A stretch of 64,000 bases of DNA, from contig OY969815.1 of assembly GCA_963703365.1 (NCBI GenBank), positions 1,227,263 through 1,291,262 of the forward strand, written 5' to 3'. Under the pieces are notes generated by a model. It saw only the letters and a program-made list of their open reading frames with translations. It was not told the origin of the DNA and made no database searches. Positions 7,532 through 17,063 of the stretch are shown here, piece after piece. The stretch is from an uncultured Bacteroidota bacterium. Its GTDB lineage: Bacteria; Bacteroidota; Ignavibacteria; Kryptoniales; JAKASW01. The position numbers and the translations under genes were made by a program. How positions within the stretch are numbered: the stretch's first letter is position 1; each line of letters starts with the position of its first letter.

Positions 7532-8662
7532 ATGAAGAACATTTACATATTGGCTGCAATCGTTGTGGCACTTCTTTTTTCAGTACCGGCATTGGCAGCA
7601 GATTCCACCTCCACCCCTGCTCCAGCTCCGCCGAAAATAACATGGAATGCCTTCGTTGACGTTTACTATACAAGAAACTTCAACGATCCATCCAATCGTA
7701 TGAACGACCTTAGAAATTTCGACATCAACGAAAACCAGATAACACTGAGCCTTGCTGATCTAACAATACAGGAACAAGCACAACCTGTCGGATTCAAAGT
7801 GGAACTTGGCTTTGGTACGACCAGCGACTTTGTTAATACTGCTTCAACATTTGGAACCGTTAGCCCTTCATTAGCAAATGTAATGCAGGCTTATGGTACG
7901 GTCATCGTTCCGATTGGTGCCGGGCTGACTATCGACGCCGGGAAATTCGTGACCCACATGGGAAACGAGGTGATCGTTTCACAAAGCAACTGGAATTACA
8001 GTAGGTCCTATTTATTTGCCTATGCTATTCCGTATTACCACACGGGAGTTCGCTTGACTTATCCCGTAGCAAGCAATCTCTCGGCTACACTTCACATTCT
8101 GGACGGATGGAATTCTGTTATAGATAATAACAAGTTCCTGTCGCTGGGTGGAACGCTGAACTATTCACCTGACTCCACCACCAATATTGTCTTCAACGGC
8201 ATTTGGGGTCACGAAAATATTACCGCAATTGAAAATGGTGCACGAGATGTTTACGATTTCATCGTGACACAGCAATTGTCAGATGCATTCCAAGTTGCTG
8301 TTAATGCTGACTACGGGCAAGCTGGCACAACAAGAGGTCTAGCTTTATGGAAAGGTGTTGCCCTCTACGGCAGATACGCGCTCACATCTAAGTGCGCCCT
8401 CGCCGCACGCGGGGAGGTTTATTATGACCCGTCGTTCGGAGGTTATACCACCGGAGCAGGATTTAGGAAGGCAACATTCCAGGAATACACACTGACGTAT
8501 GAATATCATCCATACGATCCGCTTCTGATACGTATTGAAGCGCGCGACGATTTCGCGAACGGTAAAACGTTTGTGTCCGCAAGTTCATCAGCAGAATTAG
8601 GCTATCCGCCCACAAAGAGTTCGCAGCCGACGCTTACTGTTGGTGTTGTAACATCGTTTTGA
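7532..8662 (+). CDS. Outer-membrane beta-barrel porin (BBP2/DUF1597-like)
   Basis: Signal peptide; FVDVYY, DAGKFVTHMG-x-EVI, NWNYSRSYLF, PYYHTGVR motifs; C-terminal Phe. Confidence 0.85.
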   Translation: MKNIYILAAIVVALLFSVPALAADSTSTPAPAPPKITWNAFVDVYYTRNFNDPSNRMNDLRNFDINENQITLSLADLTIQEQAQPVGFKVELGFGTTSDFVNTASTFGTVSPSLANVMQAYGTVIVPIGAGLTIDAGKFVTHMGNEVIVSQSNWNYSRSYLFAYAIPYYHTGVRLTYPVASNLSATLHILDGWNSVIDNNKFLSLGGTLNYSPDSTTNIVFNGIWGHENITAIENGARDVYDFIVTQQLSDAFQVAVNADYGQAGTTRGLALWKGVALYGRYALTSKCALAARGEVYYDPSFGGYTTGAGFRKATFQEYTLTYEYHPYDPLLIRIEARDDFANGKTFVSASSSAELGYPPTKSSQPTLTVGVVTSF

Positions 8663-8679
8663 GGCGATCGGATGCTGTA

Positions 8680-8730
8680 TTTACAAAATCTTTACGGTTT
8701 CATGGCTCTCTTTTATAGTCTCTTTATTGC
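8680..8730 (+). promoter_or_regulatory. Candidate KdpE-type operator upstream of the kdp operon
   Basis: TTTACA-N5-TTTACG … TTTATA-N5-TTTAT; same spacing as 7083-7133. Confidence 0.7.
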
Positions 8731-8812
8731 CATTGTAGAGTACAACGGTGAAATTAATCTCGCAAAGTTTCAGAAGTATGAATATTAATCTAAACAAAAA
8801 AAGGAGTCTCAA

Positions 8813-8914
8813 ATGGAAATGAATCTTCTGATCTGGTTACCCGCAATGTTTTTATTAGGCATAGCCTTGATGGGATTGTGTTATCTCTTCATGGAAGCCT
8901 GTGAGAAAATCTAA
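8813..8914 (+). CDS. 33-aa membrane peptide upstream of kdpF (MEMNLLIWLPAMFLLGIALMGLCYLFMEACEKI)
   Basis: AAGGAG RBS, one hydrophobic helix, C-E-K-I end; not in the ORF track. Confidence 0.75.
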   Translation: MEMNLLIWLPAMFLLGIALMGLCYLFMEACEKI

Positions 8915-8939
8915 CTTAAAAAAATGAGGTGATCAAGAA

Positions 8940-9020
8940 ATGATCTATTTAACTGCAGTTGTTGCATTGTTTCTTTTCGTTTATCTGGTCGTTGCGCTTT
9001 TAAGGCCTGAAAAGTTTTAA
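8940..9020 (+). CDS. kdpF: K+-transporting ATPase subunit F
   Basis: MIYLTAVVALFLFVYLVVALLRPEKF; YL-x-x-AL-x-x-PE-x-F signature; GAGGT RBS. Confidence 0.92.
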   Translation: MIYLTAVVALFLFVYLVVALLRPEKF

Positions 9021-9060
9021 GCGAAGGATCAGAAATTGAAGCAAACAGGGAGATTATAAA

Positions 9061-10857
9061 ATGACTATTCAAATTTGGTTTTTACCGTTCCTCCTCCTCG
9101 CCACGGCGACACTCTTAGCGTTCCCGCTAAGTCGTTACATGGCGTGGATCATAGAAGGGGATTATAGACCGCCGCGGATTTTTGCGTGGTTTGAGAGGCG
9201 CCTGGACAGCGGATATCAAAACTGGAAACAGTATGTCGGCTCGCTACTGATCTTCAATACTGCGCTTTTCATCTTCGGCTTCATCGTTCTAGCGCTCCAG
9301 CAATGGATGCCGCTTAATCCGATGCAGAGGCCGATGATAGCACCGAGCACTATCTTCAATAGCGTGATTTCCTTTATGACGAATACAAATCTCCAGCACT
9401 ATTCGGGAGATCAGAATTTTTCAAATTTCAGTCAGATTTTCTTTGACATCTCGAATATGTTTATGTCGGCTGCAATAGGTTTGTGTGCCTTGACGGCAAT
9501 CATACGGGCTCTGCGAAGCGATTCACATATAGGAAATTTCTTTTTAGACATGTGGCGCGTATTGATTTATATGTTCATCCCGGCGGCGTTTATCATCAGT
9601 GTGATCTTCATCTCGCAGGGAAGTCCGATGACCCTCCAGAGTGTCTACCACATTGCCGGGCTTGAGTCAAATCAGCAGAATATTATTGTAGGGCCTGTAG
9701 CGGCACTTGAGTCAATTAAGATGCTTGGCACAAATGGAGGCGGTTTCTTTGGAATGAACTCTGCGCATCCATTTGAAAATCCGACTGCGCTTTCAAACTT
9801 CTTCGACACACTATCCATGATGATTTTCCCCTTTGCGCTTGTGCTGATGTACGGCCGCATGCTGAAAAAAATGCGCCATGCTTACATCATTTTTTCCGTG
9901 ATGTTATTTCTAATGGCGGGCACTATCGTTTGGTCGATCTTTTTCGATACATATTCGCCTAACCCGGCATTCACCAGCCACTCCGTATCGCGAACGTATG
10001 AAGTTCCCAGTGCAACTGCGCCGGATGGCAAACGGACTGTGATATTACCCTCAGTAGGTGGATTGCCGGTTGATCAGCATCTCGGCAACCTCGAAGGCAA
10101 GGAAATGCGCTTTGGAACTTCCGCAGGCGCTACGTTTGCCGCACTGACGACAGATGTAACGTGCGGTGCAGTGAATTCTGAACATGACAGCCTAAATCCA
10201 CTTGCGGCGTTGTCGCCAATGGTGGGGATGTGGCTGAACTGCATCTTCGGCGGAAAAGGAGTCGGCATGATTAACATGCTTCTCTTCGTTATAATCGGGA
10301 TTTTCATCGCCGGCATGATGGTTGGACGAACACCGGAATACTTAGGCAAGAAAATCGGCGCGCGTGAAGTGAAGTTAGCAGTTATCGCACTGTTGATTCA
10401 TCCGCTTATGATTCTTATGCCGACAGGCTTATTCGCTGCCACTGACTGGGGAATGAAAGCAGTCAGCAATTCCGGTCCGCACGGACTTTCACAAATGTTT
10501 TATCAGTTCTCGTCCGCGTCGGCGAATAATGGCTCAGCCTTCGATGGTCTGGGAGTTACTTATGGTTTCTACAATAACCCGAGTCCGGCGCCTGAAGCGG
10601 CAGCATGGGACATCGCTGCAGGAATAGTTATGCTGATCAGTCGCTTCATCCCGATAATTGCACCCGTTGCCATGGCTGTCTATCTCGGAAAAAAGAAGAC
10701 TAGCCCGTTTAGTCTTGGGACTTTGCGCATCGATACGTCCACGTTCGGCTATCTTTTATTGGGTACGATTCTTATTATCGGCGCATTACTCTTTCTCCCG
10801 ATTGCAGTGCTCGGGCCGCTTGCTGAGCATTTAGGTCCAATTCCGTTTGGTGGATGA
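9061..10857 (+). CDS. kdpA: K+-transporting ATPase subunit A (copy 1)
   Basis: SFMTNTNLQHYSG, LGTNGGGFF, NSAHPFENP, EGKEMRFG, TCGAVN, GRTPEYLGKKI, SANNGSAF. Confidence 0.96.
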   Translation: MTIQIWFLPFLLLATATLLAFPLSRYMAWIIEGDYRPPRIFAWFERRLDSGYQNWKQYVGSLLIFNTALFIFGFIVLALQQWMPLNPMQRPMIAPSTIFNSVISFMTNTNLQHYSGDQNFSNFSQIFFDISNMFMSAAIGLCALTAIIRALRSDSHIGNFFLDMWRVLIYMFIPAAFIISVIFISQGSPMTLQSVYHIAGLESNQQNIIVGPVAALESIKMLGTNGGGFFGMNSAHPFENPTALSNFFDTLSMMIFPFALVLMYGRMLKKMRHAYIIFSVMLFLMAGTIVWSIFFDTYSPNPAFTSHSVSRTYEVPSATAPDGKRTVILPSVGGLPVDQHLGNLEGKEMRFGTSAGATFAALTTDVTCGAVNSEHDSLNPLAALSPMVGMWLNCIFGGKGVGMINMLLFVIIGIFIAGMMVGRTPEYLGKKIGAREVKLAVIALLIHPLMILMPTGLFAATDWGMKAVSNSGPHGLSQMFYQFSSASANNGSAFDGLGVTYGFYNNPSPAPEAAAWDIAAGIVMLISRFIPIIAPVAMAVYLGKKKTSPFSLGTLRIDTSTFGYLLLGTILIIGALLFLPIAVLGPLAEHLGPIPFGG

Positions 10858-10921
10858 AAGAAGCCAATAATGCAAATCATGCTTCAATAATTTGTGATAA
10901 AAAAATCTTAAGGAGTTAAAC

Positions 10922-13090
10922 ATGAGTGAAGTTCAAAACATAGAACAAAATGCCGAAAAGGTTGTAGGAAGCCTTTCTTCGAAATCAACAAAGCCTCCGC
11001 GTCGTGTTAAGCGGAGGGCGTTGCTCGAGAAAAAGACCGCACTACCTGCGTTTAAGCAGTCGTTCGTAATGCTGCGTCCGGACATACAGTGGAAAAATCC
11101 TGTGATGTTTGTGGTGGAGGTCGGTGCAATATTAACGCTTCTGTATGTGCTGGCAGCGGCATTCGGCAATCAAGTAAGCCAGGTGCCCATAACATATTTC
11201 ATCGCGCTTGACGCATGGCTTTTCCTCACCGTGTTGTTTGCGAACTTCGCAACGGCTCTTGCAGAGGCACGCGGCAAAGCACAGGCAGATTCGCTGAAGA
11301 AGGCACGCCGCGACACGGTAGCGCATCGGTTGATTGCTGCTGGAAAGACCGAGCAGGTTTCCTCGACAGAACTTAAACCCGGCGATCGCGTAGTGGTACA
11401 GGCTGGGCAGATGATACCCGGAGACGGAGAGATCATTGAAGGAATTGCCTCTGTTGATGAGTCTGCGATTACAGGGGAATCCGCACCAGTAATTCGAGCT
11501 GCACATAGCGACGCATCGGGAGTAACCGGCGGAACCTATGTCCTCTCGGATAAGATAGTCGTAGAAATTACTAGCGGTGTAGGTGAATCATTCCTTGATA
11601 GGATGATCGCTCTCGTTGAGGGAGCCATCCGGCAGCGCAGTCCAAACGAGATTGCTCTGACACTCGTCCTATCGGCATTCACGTTGATCTTTTTAATTGT
11701 TGTCGTTCCACTTTGGCCGATGGCATGGAATGCGGAACAATATATGGCGGGCTACCTCGGAATTTCCGAGCCGCTGAAAAGTCTCGGTACGGATGTGCCT
11801 ACTTTGATTGCACTTTTAGTTTGTCTTATTCCGACAACAATCGGAGCGTTGCTTGCAGCGATCGGAATTGCCGGAATGGATCGTGCCTTGCAGGCAAATA
11901 TCATATCCAAGAGTGGAAAAGCAGTCGAGTTGGCAGGCGACATAGATGTCGTGTTGCTTGATAAGACCGGGACAATCACACTTGGAAATAGACATGCAAC
12001 CACATTCTTCCCAGTAGGAAGGTACAAAGAGGCAGATCTGGCGCGGCTCGCTGCACTGTCGTCTGCTGCTGATGAAACCCCGGAAGGCAAAAGCATAGTG
12101 AAGCTTTACGAAAAGCAAAGCAAAGATCCGGTCAATGTGCCGACAGATTCGGTGTTTGTGCCATTTACCGCACAGACTCGTATGAGCGGCATCGACTTCT
12201 CAGGTGGGCGACAGATACGAAAAGGAGCCCCGGATGCAGTGTTTCAATTTGTTCAGGATAATCATGGTGCAGTTCCTTCTGAGATTAATTCAATAATCAA
12301 CGATGTCGCCAGAAAGGGTGCGACTCCTTTAGTTGTGGCAGACGACTCTCATGTAGTTGGCGTGATCTCTCTTGAGGATATATTGAAGCCTAACATGAAA
12401 GAGCGATTTGACCAGTTGAGAAAGATGGGTCTGCGAACCGTAATGATAACCGGCGACAACCCTATTACTGCTGCGGCTATTGCGGCGCAGGCTGGAGTTG
12501 ATGACTATCTTGCGCAAGCGACACCCGAAACAAAACTTGAGTTTATACGAAAAGAACAAGCTGAGGGGAAACTCGTAGCCATGATGGGTGACGGCACGAA
12601 CGACGCGCCAGCTCTTGCTCAGGCCGACGTTGCATTGGCGATGAATGCGGGTACGCAGGCAGCTAAGGAAGCAGCTAACATGGTCGATCTCGACAGCGAT
12701 CCGACAAAATTGCTCGAAGTCGTTCATGTCGGGAAACAGCTTTTAATAACCCGAGGCGCTTTGACGACTTTTTCGATAGCAAATGATGTCGCGAAGTACT
12801 TCGCAATCATACCCGCACTTTTTGCTGGCACGCTGCCGTGGTTGAAAGCAGTTGATATCATGAACCTGCATTCACCGACATCTGCCATTTTGTCTGCGGT
12901 CATATTCAATGCTTTGATTATTCCTGCATTGATTCCGGTGGCACTTAAAGGTGTCAAGTACCGCATCATGGGTGCGGATGATTTGCTTAAGAGAAACCTG
13001 TTTAACTGGGGACTCGGAGGAGTCATTCTGCCGTTCATTGGCATCAAATTGATCGATATGATCATGGTAGCTTTACATTTAGTGAGTTAA
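10922..13090 (+). CDS. kdpB: K+-transporting P-type ATPase subunit B
   Basis: [45 protein letters not shown]. Confidence 0.97.
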   Translation: MSEVQNIEQNAEKVVGSLSSKSTKPPRRVKRRALLEKKTALPAFKQSFVMLRPDIQWKNPVMFVVEVGAILTLLYVLAAAFGNQVSQVPITYFIALDAWLFLTVLFANFATALAEARGKAQADSLKKARRDTVAHRLIAAGKTEQVSSTELKPGDRVVVQAGQMIPGDGEIIEGIASVDESAITGESAPVIRAAHSDASGVTGGTYVLSDKIVVEITSGVGESFLDRMIALVEGAIRQRSPNEIALTLVLSAFTLIFLIVVVPLWPMAWNAEQYMAGYLGISEPLKSLGTDVPTLIALLVCLIPTTIGALLAAIGIAGMDRALQANIISKSGKAVELAGDIDVVLLDKTGTITLGNRHATTFFPVGRYKEADLARLAALSSAADETPEGKSIVKLYEKQSKDPVNVPTDSVFVPFTAQTRMSGIDFSGGRQIRKGAPDAVFQFVQDNHGAVPSEINSIINDVARKGATPLVVADDSHVVGVISLEDILKPNMKERFDQLRKMGLRTVMITGDNPITAAAIAAQAGVDDYLAQATPETKLEFIRKEQAEGKLVAMMGDGTNDAPALAQADVALAMNAGTQAAKEAANMVDLDSDPTKLLEVVHVGKQLLITRGALTTFSIANDVAKYFAIIPALFAGTLPWLKAVDIMNLHSPTSAILSAVIFNALIIPALIPVALKGVKYRIMGADDLLKRNLFNWGLGGVILPFIGIKLIDMIMVALHLVS

Positions 13091-13102
13091 GGTTTAATAA
13101 AA

Positions 13103-14134
13103 ATGGAGGACATGAAAATGTTTAAGATTATTTCGAAAAGTTTCCTGCTTCTGCTATTCGCGGTGGTTATATGCTGCATCATTTATCCACTTGTATTATT
13201 GGCAATTGGACAGGGCTTCTTCCCATTCCAGGCTAATGGCAGCATGGTGAATGGTCCAGATGGGAAGCCCGTCGGTTCACTGTTGATAGCGCAGCCGTTT
13301 ACCAAGGATGAGTATTTCCAGCCACGCCCATCTGCGGCGTCGTATGATGGAACGGCGTCATCATCGTCTGCCTTGGCGGCGTCCAACTATGCACTGCGTG
13401 ACCGCGTGGCCCGCACGCTTGGCCCGATAGTGAAGTATGCTGATGGACCCAGATCAGGACAACTTGTTGCACCTGATATCGAAAACTGGTTCCAACATGA
13501 TACGTACCAGAGTAGTCCACATATAGTTGCTCAATGGGCATCCATGCATACATCAGACGCTCAAGCATGGGTTAACACGGATTCGCTGCATACAGCATAC
13601 ATAAGCGATTGGGAGAAGACTCATCCTGATATCGTATCGCAGTTTATAAAGAGCAACCCGAGCACGCCGCAGCCGGCACCGTCTGATCTTGCTGTGACTT
13701 TTTTCCAAAGTTTCTCAAATGACAATCCAGGCAAGTTTCTCTCAGCCATAACTGATACCGGTGCTGATGGCAAACCTGAAACAGTAATCAAACCTATCAG
13801 CACCGGTTCAGACATCCAGTCGATCTTTTTTGATATGTGGCGGCTGGATCATCCGAACGACAGTCTTCAGAATATTCCCGGTGACATGGTCACCACGTCT
13901 GGTTCCGGTCTCGACCCTGATATCACGATGCAGAATGCCAACTACCAGCTCGATCGCGTTTCTTCAAAATGGGCTGCCGATTTGAAACGGAATCCTGTTG
14001 AAATCCAAAAAGTGATTGGAGATATCCTGGAGAAGAATTCATTTGCTCCTCTTGACGGATTGGCAGGAGAGAAGATGGTCAATGTTCTTCAAGTCAATCT
14101 TGCTCTTCGCAGTCAGTTTGGAACACCGCAATAG
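13103..14134 (+). CDS. kdpC: K+-transporting ATPase subunit C with a large internal insertion (343 aa)
   Basis: FPFQANGS, GS-x-LIAQ-x-F-x-x-x-x-YFQPRPSA, DMVTTSGSGLDP, VNVL-x-VNLAL. Confidence 0.9.
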   Translation: MEDMKMFKIISKSFLLLLFAVVICCIIYPLVLLAIGQGFFPFQANGSMVNGPDGKPVGSLLIAQPFTKDEYFQPRPSAASYDGTASSSSALAASNYALRDRVARTLGPIVKYADGPRSGQLVAPDIENWFQHDTYQSSPHIVAQWASMHTSDAQAWVNTDSLHTAYISDWEKTHPDIVSQFIKSNPSTPQPAPSDLAVTFFQSFSNDNPGKFLSAITDTGADGKPETVIKPISTGSDIQSIFFDMWRLDHPNDSLQNIPGDMVTTSGSGLDPDITMQNANYQLDRVSSKWAADLKRNPVEIQKVIGDILEKNSFAPLDGLAGEKMVNVLQVNLALRSQFGTPQ

Positions 14135-14201
14135 CCTGCGGTTTGCTTATAGTAAAGTTCTTTAAGAAATATGGCATATAAGTTTTACAAAACAGAGAGT
14201 C

Positions 14202-14232
14202 GAAGCGTGCCTTCCGGCTCGCGGCACGCTTC
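14202..14232. other. 10-bp-stem hairpin between kdpC and the second kdpA
   Basis: GAAGCGTGCC-N11-GGCACGCTTC; no U tract on the + strand. Confidence 0.5.
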
Positions 14233-14433
14233 AATATATTGAGATCCGCCCTGGTATGTTCTATCCAAGGGAGATGGATAGAAAGAAAGTATCGAAGGAT
14301 CCATTGAGCCATCAGGAATAGCTTCGTTAGGTTTTGACATAGTAAGGTTTTGTAAGTGACGGCAGCTTGGATTAGAAAGTATACACGCTTTCGTTGCTAC
14401 GAACGTTTTAAAACAAAATAAGGAGCTATTAAA

Positions 14434-16281
14434 ATGTTTGGTTCAATTGGTTTCTTCGGACAGACATGGTTGTTGCCTACCGCAATTCTCATTGTCACGG
14501 CGGTGCTTGCTTTTCCGCTCGGCCGTTATTTGGCCTGGATAATGAACGGGAAATACAAACCTCTGCCGTTCTTTGAGTGGTTCGAAAAGCGCTTGAACAG
14601 CGGACCGCAGAACTGGAAGCAGTACGTCGGCTCAATGCTTATTTTCAACACCGTACTTTTTGTCTTCGGATTCATTGTCCTTTCGCTTCAACCGTTGATG
14701 CCGCTGAACCCAAGCGGCAAAACGCTTCTCGCACCGACCACGATACTTCATACAGTCATATCCTTCATGACAAATACGGACTTGCAACATTATTCCGGCG
14801 ACCAACATCTATCTAACTTCAGCCAGATATTTTTCTGTCTCACTAACTTCTTCCTGTCCGCGTCGATCGGATTCTGCGGCTTGACCGCAATTATCCGGGC
14901 ATTGCGAAGCGATTCCCATCTTGGGAACTTCTTCGTAGACATGTGGCGTGTTGTCGTTTACATGTTTCTTCCTATTTCTTTTGTGCTCGGATTGGTATTC
15001 CTGCAACAGGGAAGTCCGATGACATTGCAAAGCTCACATCAAGTTTCAACTCTTGAGTCTACAGCTATGGGGCTCAATAGCGATGGTTCCGCTAAACCTC
15101 AGAATATCGTAGTCGGACCTTTGGCGGCGTTTGTGCCGATGAAACAGCTCGGAACGAACGGTGGCGGGTTCTATGGAATGAACTCTGCTCATCCGTTTGA
15201 GAACCCGACCGCGCTCACAAATTTCCTGTCATGCGTCGCGATGATGCTCTTTCCTTTTTCGCTCGTGTTTATGTACGGGCGAATGCTGGGACGGTTGAAA
15301 CACGGCTATGTCATCTTTTCTGTAATGATGACCCTGATGATAGGAACAATTGTTTGGTCTGTTTACTTTGACACATTGAAACCAAATCCTGGGTTGACAG
15401 GCCAAGCTGTTACAAGAACGTATGAAGTTTCAAGTGCCACTGCTCCCGGCGGCAAACGAAGTGTAATATTGCCGGCAGTGTCAAGTCTGCCTGTCGATCA
15501 ACATCTCGGAAATCTCGAAGGTAAGGAAATGCGGTTCGGTACTTCGGCGGGCGCGACATTTGCCGCGTTGACTGTTGACGTGACCGACGGTGCAGTGAAC
15601 TGCGAACATGACAGCATGAACCCGATTGCAGGTATATCGCCCATGGTTGGAATGTGGCTGAACTGCATTTTCGGTGGAAAAGGAGTCGGAATGATAAACA
15701 TGCTCCTATTTATCATACTCGGGATATTCATTGCAGGTATGATGGTCGGTAGGACGCCGGAGTACCTCGGAAAGAAAATCGGTCTCAAAGAGGGAAAGCT
15801 CGTTGTATTAGCTATCCTAGTTCACCCACTCATGATACTCATGCCTACAGGTCTGTTTGCAGCCACGGACTGGGGAATGAAAGCTGTCGCCAATCCTGGT
15901 CCGCATGGCTTCTCTGAAATGTTTTACCAATTCTCATCAGCCTCAGCAAATAACGGCTCTGCTTTCGATGGTCTCGGAGTGACATACGGTTTCTATAACA
16001 ACCCAAGCCCTGGACCGGAAGCAGCCGCATGGGACATTGCTACGGCTATTGTCATCATAATCAGCCGGTTCATACCTATAATAGCTCCGACTGCCATGGC
16101 AGCATATCTTGGTAGTAAGAAGTCAAGTCCGTTTGGGTTAGGAACACTCCGTACCGACACTCCAACATTCGCGTTCTTGTTGCTCGGGACAGTTTTGATA
16201 ATTGGAGCGCTCCTCTTTCTTCCGATTGCAGTCCTTGGACCGCTTGCAGAGCACCTCGGACCTATTCCGTTTGGCGGGTAA
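14434..16281 (+). CDS. kdpA: K+-transporting ATPase subunit A (copy 2, altered filter motifs)
   Basis: Full-length paralog of 9061-10857, but with TNTDLQ and VTDGAV; AAGGAG RBS. Confidence 0.95.
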   Translation: MFGSIGFFGQTWLLPTAILIVTAVLAFPLGRYLAWIMNGKYKPLPFFEWFEKRLNSGPQNWKQYVGSMLIFNTVLFVFGFIVLSLQPLMPLNPSGKTLLAPTTILHTVISFMTNTDLQHYSGDQHLSNFSQIFFCLTNFFLSASIGFCGLTAIIRALRSDSHLGNFFVDMWRVVVYMFLPISFVLGLVFLQQGSPMTLQSSHQVSTLESTAMGLNSDGSAKPQNIVVGPLAAFVPMKQLGTNGGGFYGMNSAHPFENPTALTNFLSCVAMMLFPFSLVFMYGRMLGRLKHGYVIFSVMMTLMIGTIVWSVYFDTLKPNPGLTGQAVTRTYEVSSATAPGGKRSVILPAVSSLPVDQHLGNLEGKEMRFGTSAGATFAALTVDVTDGAVNCEHDSMNPIAGISPMVGMWLNCIFGGKGVGMINMLLFIILGIFIAGMMVGRTPEYLGKKIGLKEGKLVVLAILVHPLMILMPTGLFAATDWGMKAVANPGPHGFSEMFYQFSSASANNGSAFDGLGVTYGFYNNPSPGPEAAAWDIATAIVIIISRFIPIIAPTAMAAYLGSKKSSPFGLGTLRTDTPTFAFLLLGTVLIIGALLFLPIAVLGPLAEHLGPIPFGG

Positions 16282-16318
16282 AGTCTATGATAAGGACTAT
16301 TAACACGAAAGCCTTGCC

Positions 16319-16627
16319 TTGCGTCAGTTAGCATTCTTGATAACTGCGGCTTTGTTGGAAGTCGGAGGAGATGCGTTGGTAAGGTGGGGATTGAAAGGTG
16401 GCCGCATCTTAGGTTTTGTCCTGGGCGCGGTCACCCTTTTTGCTTATGGTGTGATTGTGAATACACCGAAGTGGGATTTCGGGAGGTTGCTTGGAATCTA
16501 TATCGCAATCTTTTTCGTCGTATCTCAAGTTCTATCGGTTGTTGTTTTCCGCGAGGGACTTCGTGTCCAGACGTTAATAGCTGGTGTTCTCATCTCTTCA
16601 GGCGGAATTATCCTAACTTTTTTTTGA
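16319..16627 (+). CDS. Small 4-TM membrane protein, SMR/YnfA-like
   Basis: AALLEVGGDA with the TM1 Glu; FGRLLG-x-YIA-x-FF. Confidence 0.75.
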   Translation: MRQLAFLITAALLEVGGDALVRWGLKGGRILGFVLGAVTLFAYGVIVNTPKWDFGRLLGIYIAIFFVVSQVLSVVVFREGLRVQTLIAGVLISSGGIILTFF

Positions 16628-16749
16628 AGTTTGGTAATTGGAGGCCCCAACGGTATTCAGATCAAGATTGAAATTAGGAATGATGTCACTAGGTGGACTC
16701 TAATAGGGAACAGGCTTATGGGGTTTGCACCCAAAAAGGAGAATAGATA

Positions 16750-16965
16750 ATGGCTAAGATGGTAGGGCAATCTGAACAAGGGTTTGTTTTTAAGGAACTG
16801 GAAGTGATGGATAAGGATATTAGGGAACTTGTGTACATTTATCGTGACGTTCTGAAGACCGGGCACATGAATATTCCAAGGCTGGTACAATTACAGCTTA
16901 TGCAATTGCAGATGTTGCGAGCGCTCAAAAACATCGAAAGCTTGCTATATCTTTATAAGGACTGA
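16750..16965 (+). CDS. Hypothetical 71-aa protein
   Basis: Strong AAGGAG RBS and ATG; no recognisable motif. Confidence 0.45.
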   Translation: MAKMVGQSEQGFVFKELEVMDKDIRELVYIYRDVLKTGHMNIPRLVQLQLMQLQMLRALKNIESLLYLYKD

Positions 16966-17063
16966 CAATTATAAAGTTTCTTTGTCGAATAACCTAAAGC
17001 GAGGATTTACACATAAGTTTTGTGAATCTGCTCTCCCGAATTGAGAATAATTCCTTTTCTTCT

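Noticed and set aside
8663-8812. c-di-AMP (ydaO) riboswitch upstream of kdp
   Set aside because: No ydaO-like conserved blocks are visible here or in 14135-14433; a T-rich direct-repeat operator explains the region better
14172-14188. sigma54 promoter (TGGCAT…) before kdpA2
   Set aside because: The -12 position reads TTTT rather than TTGC
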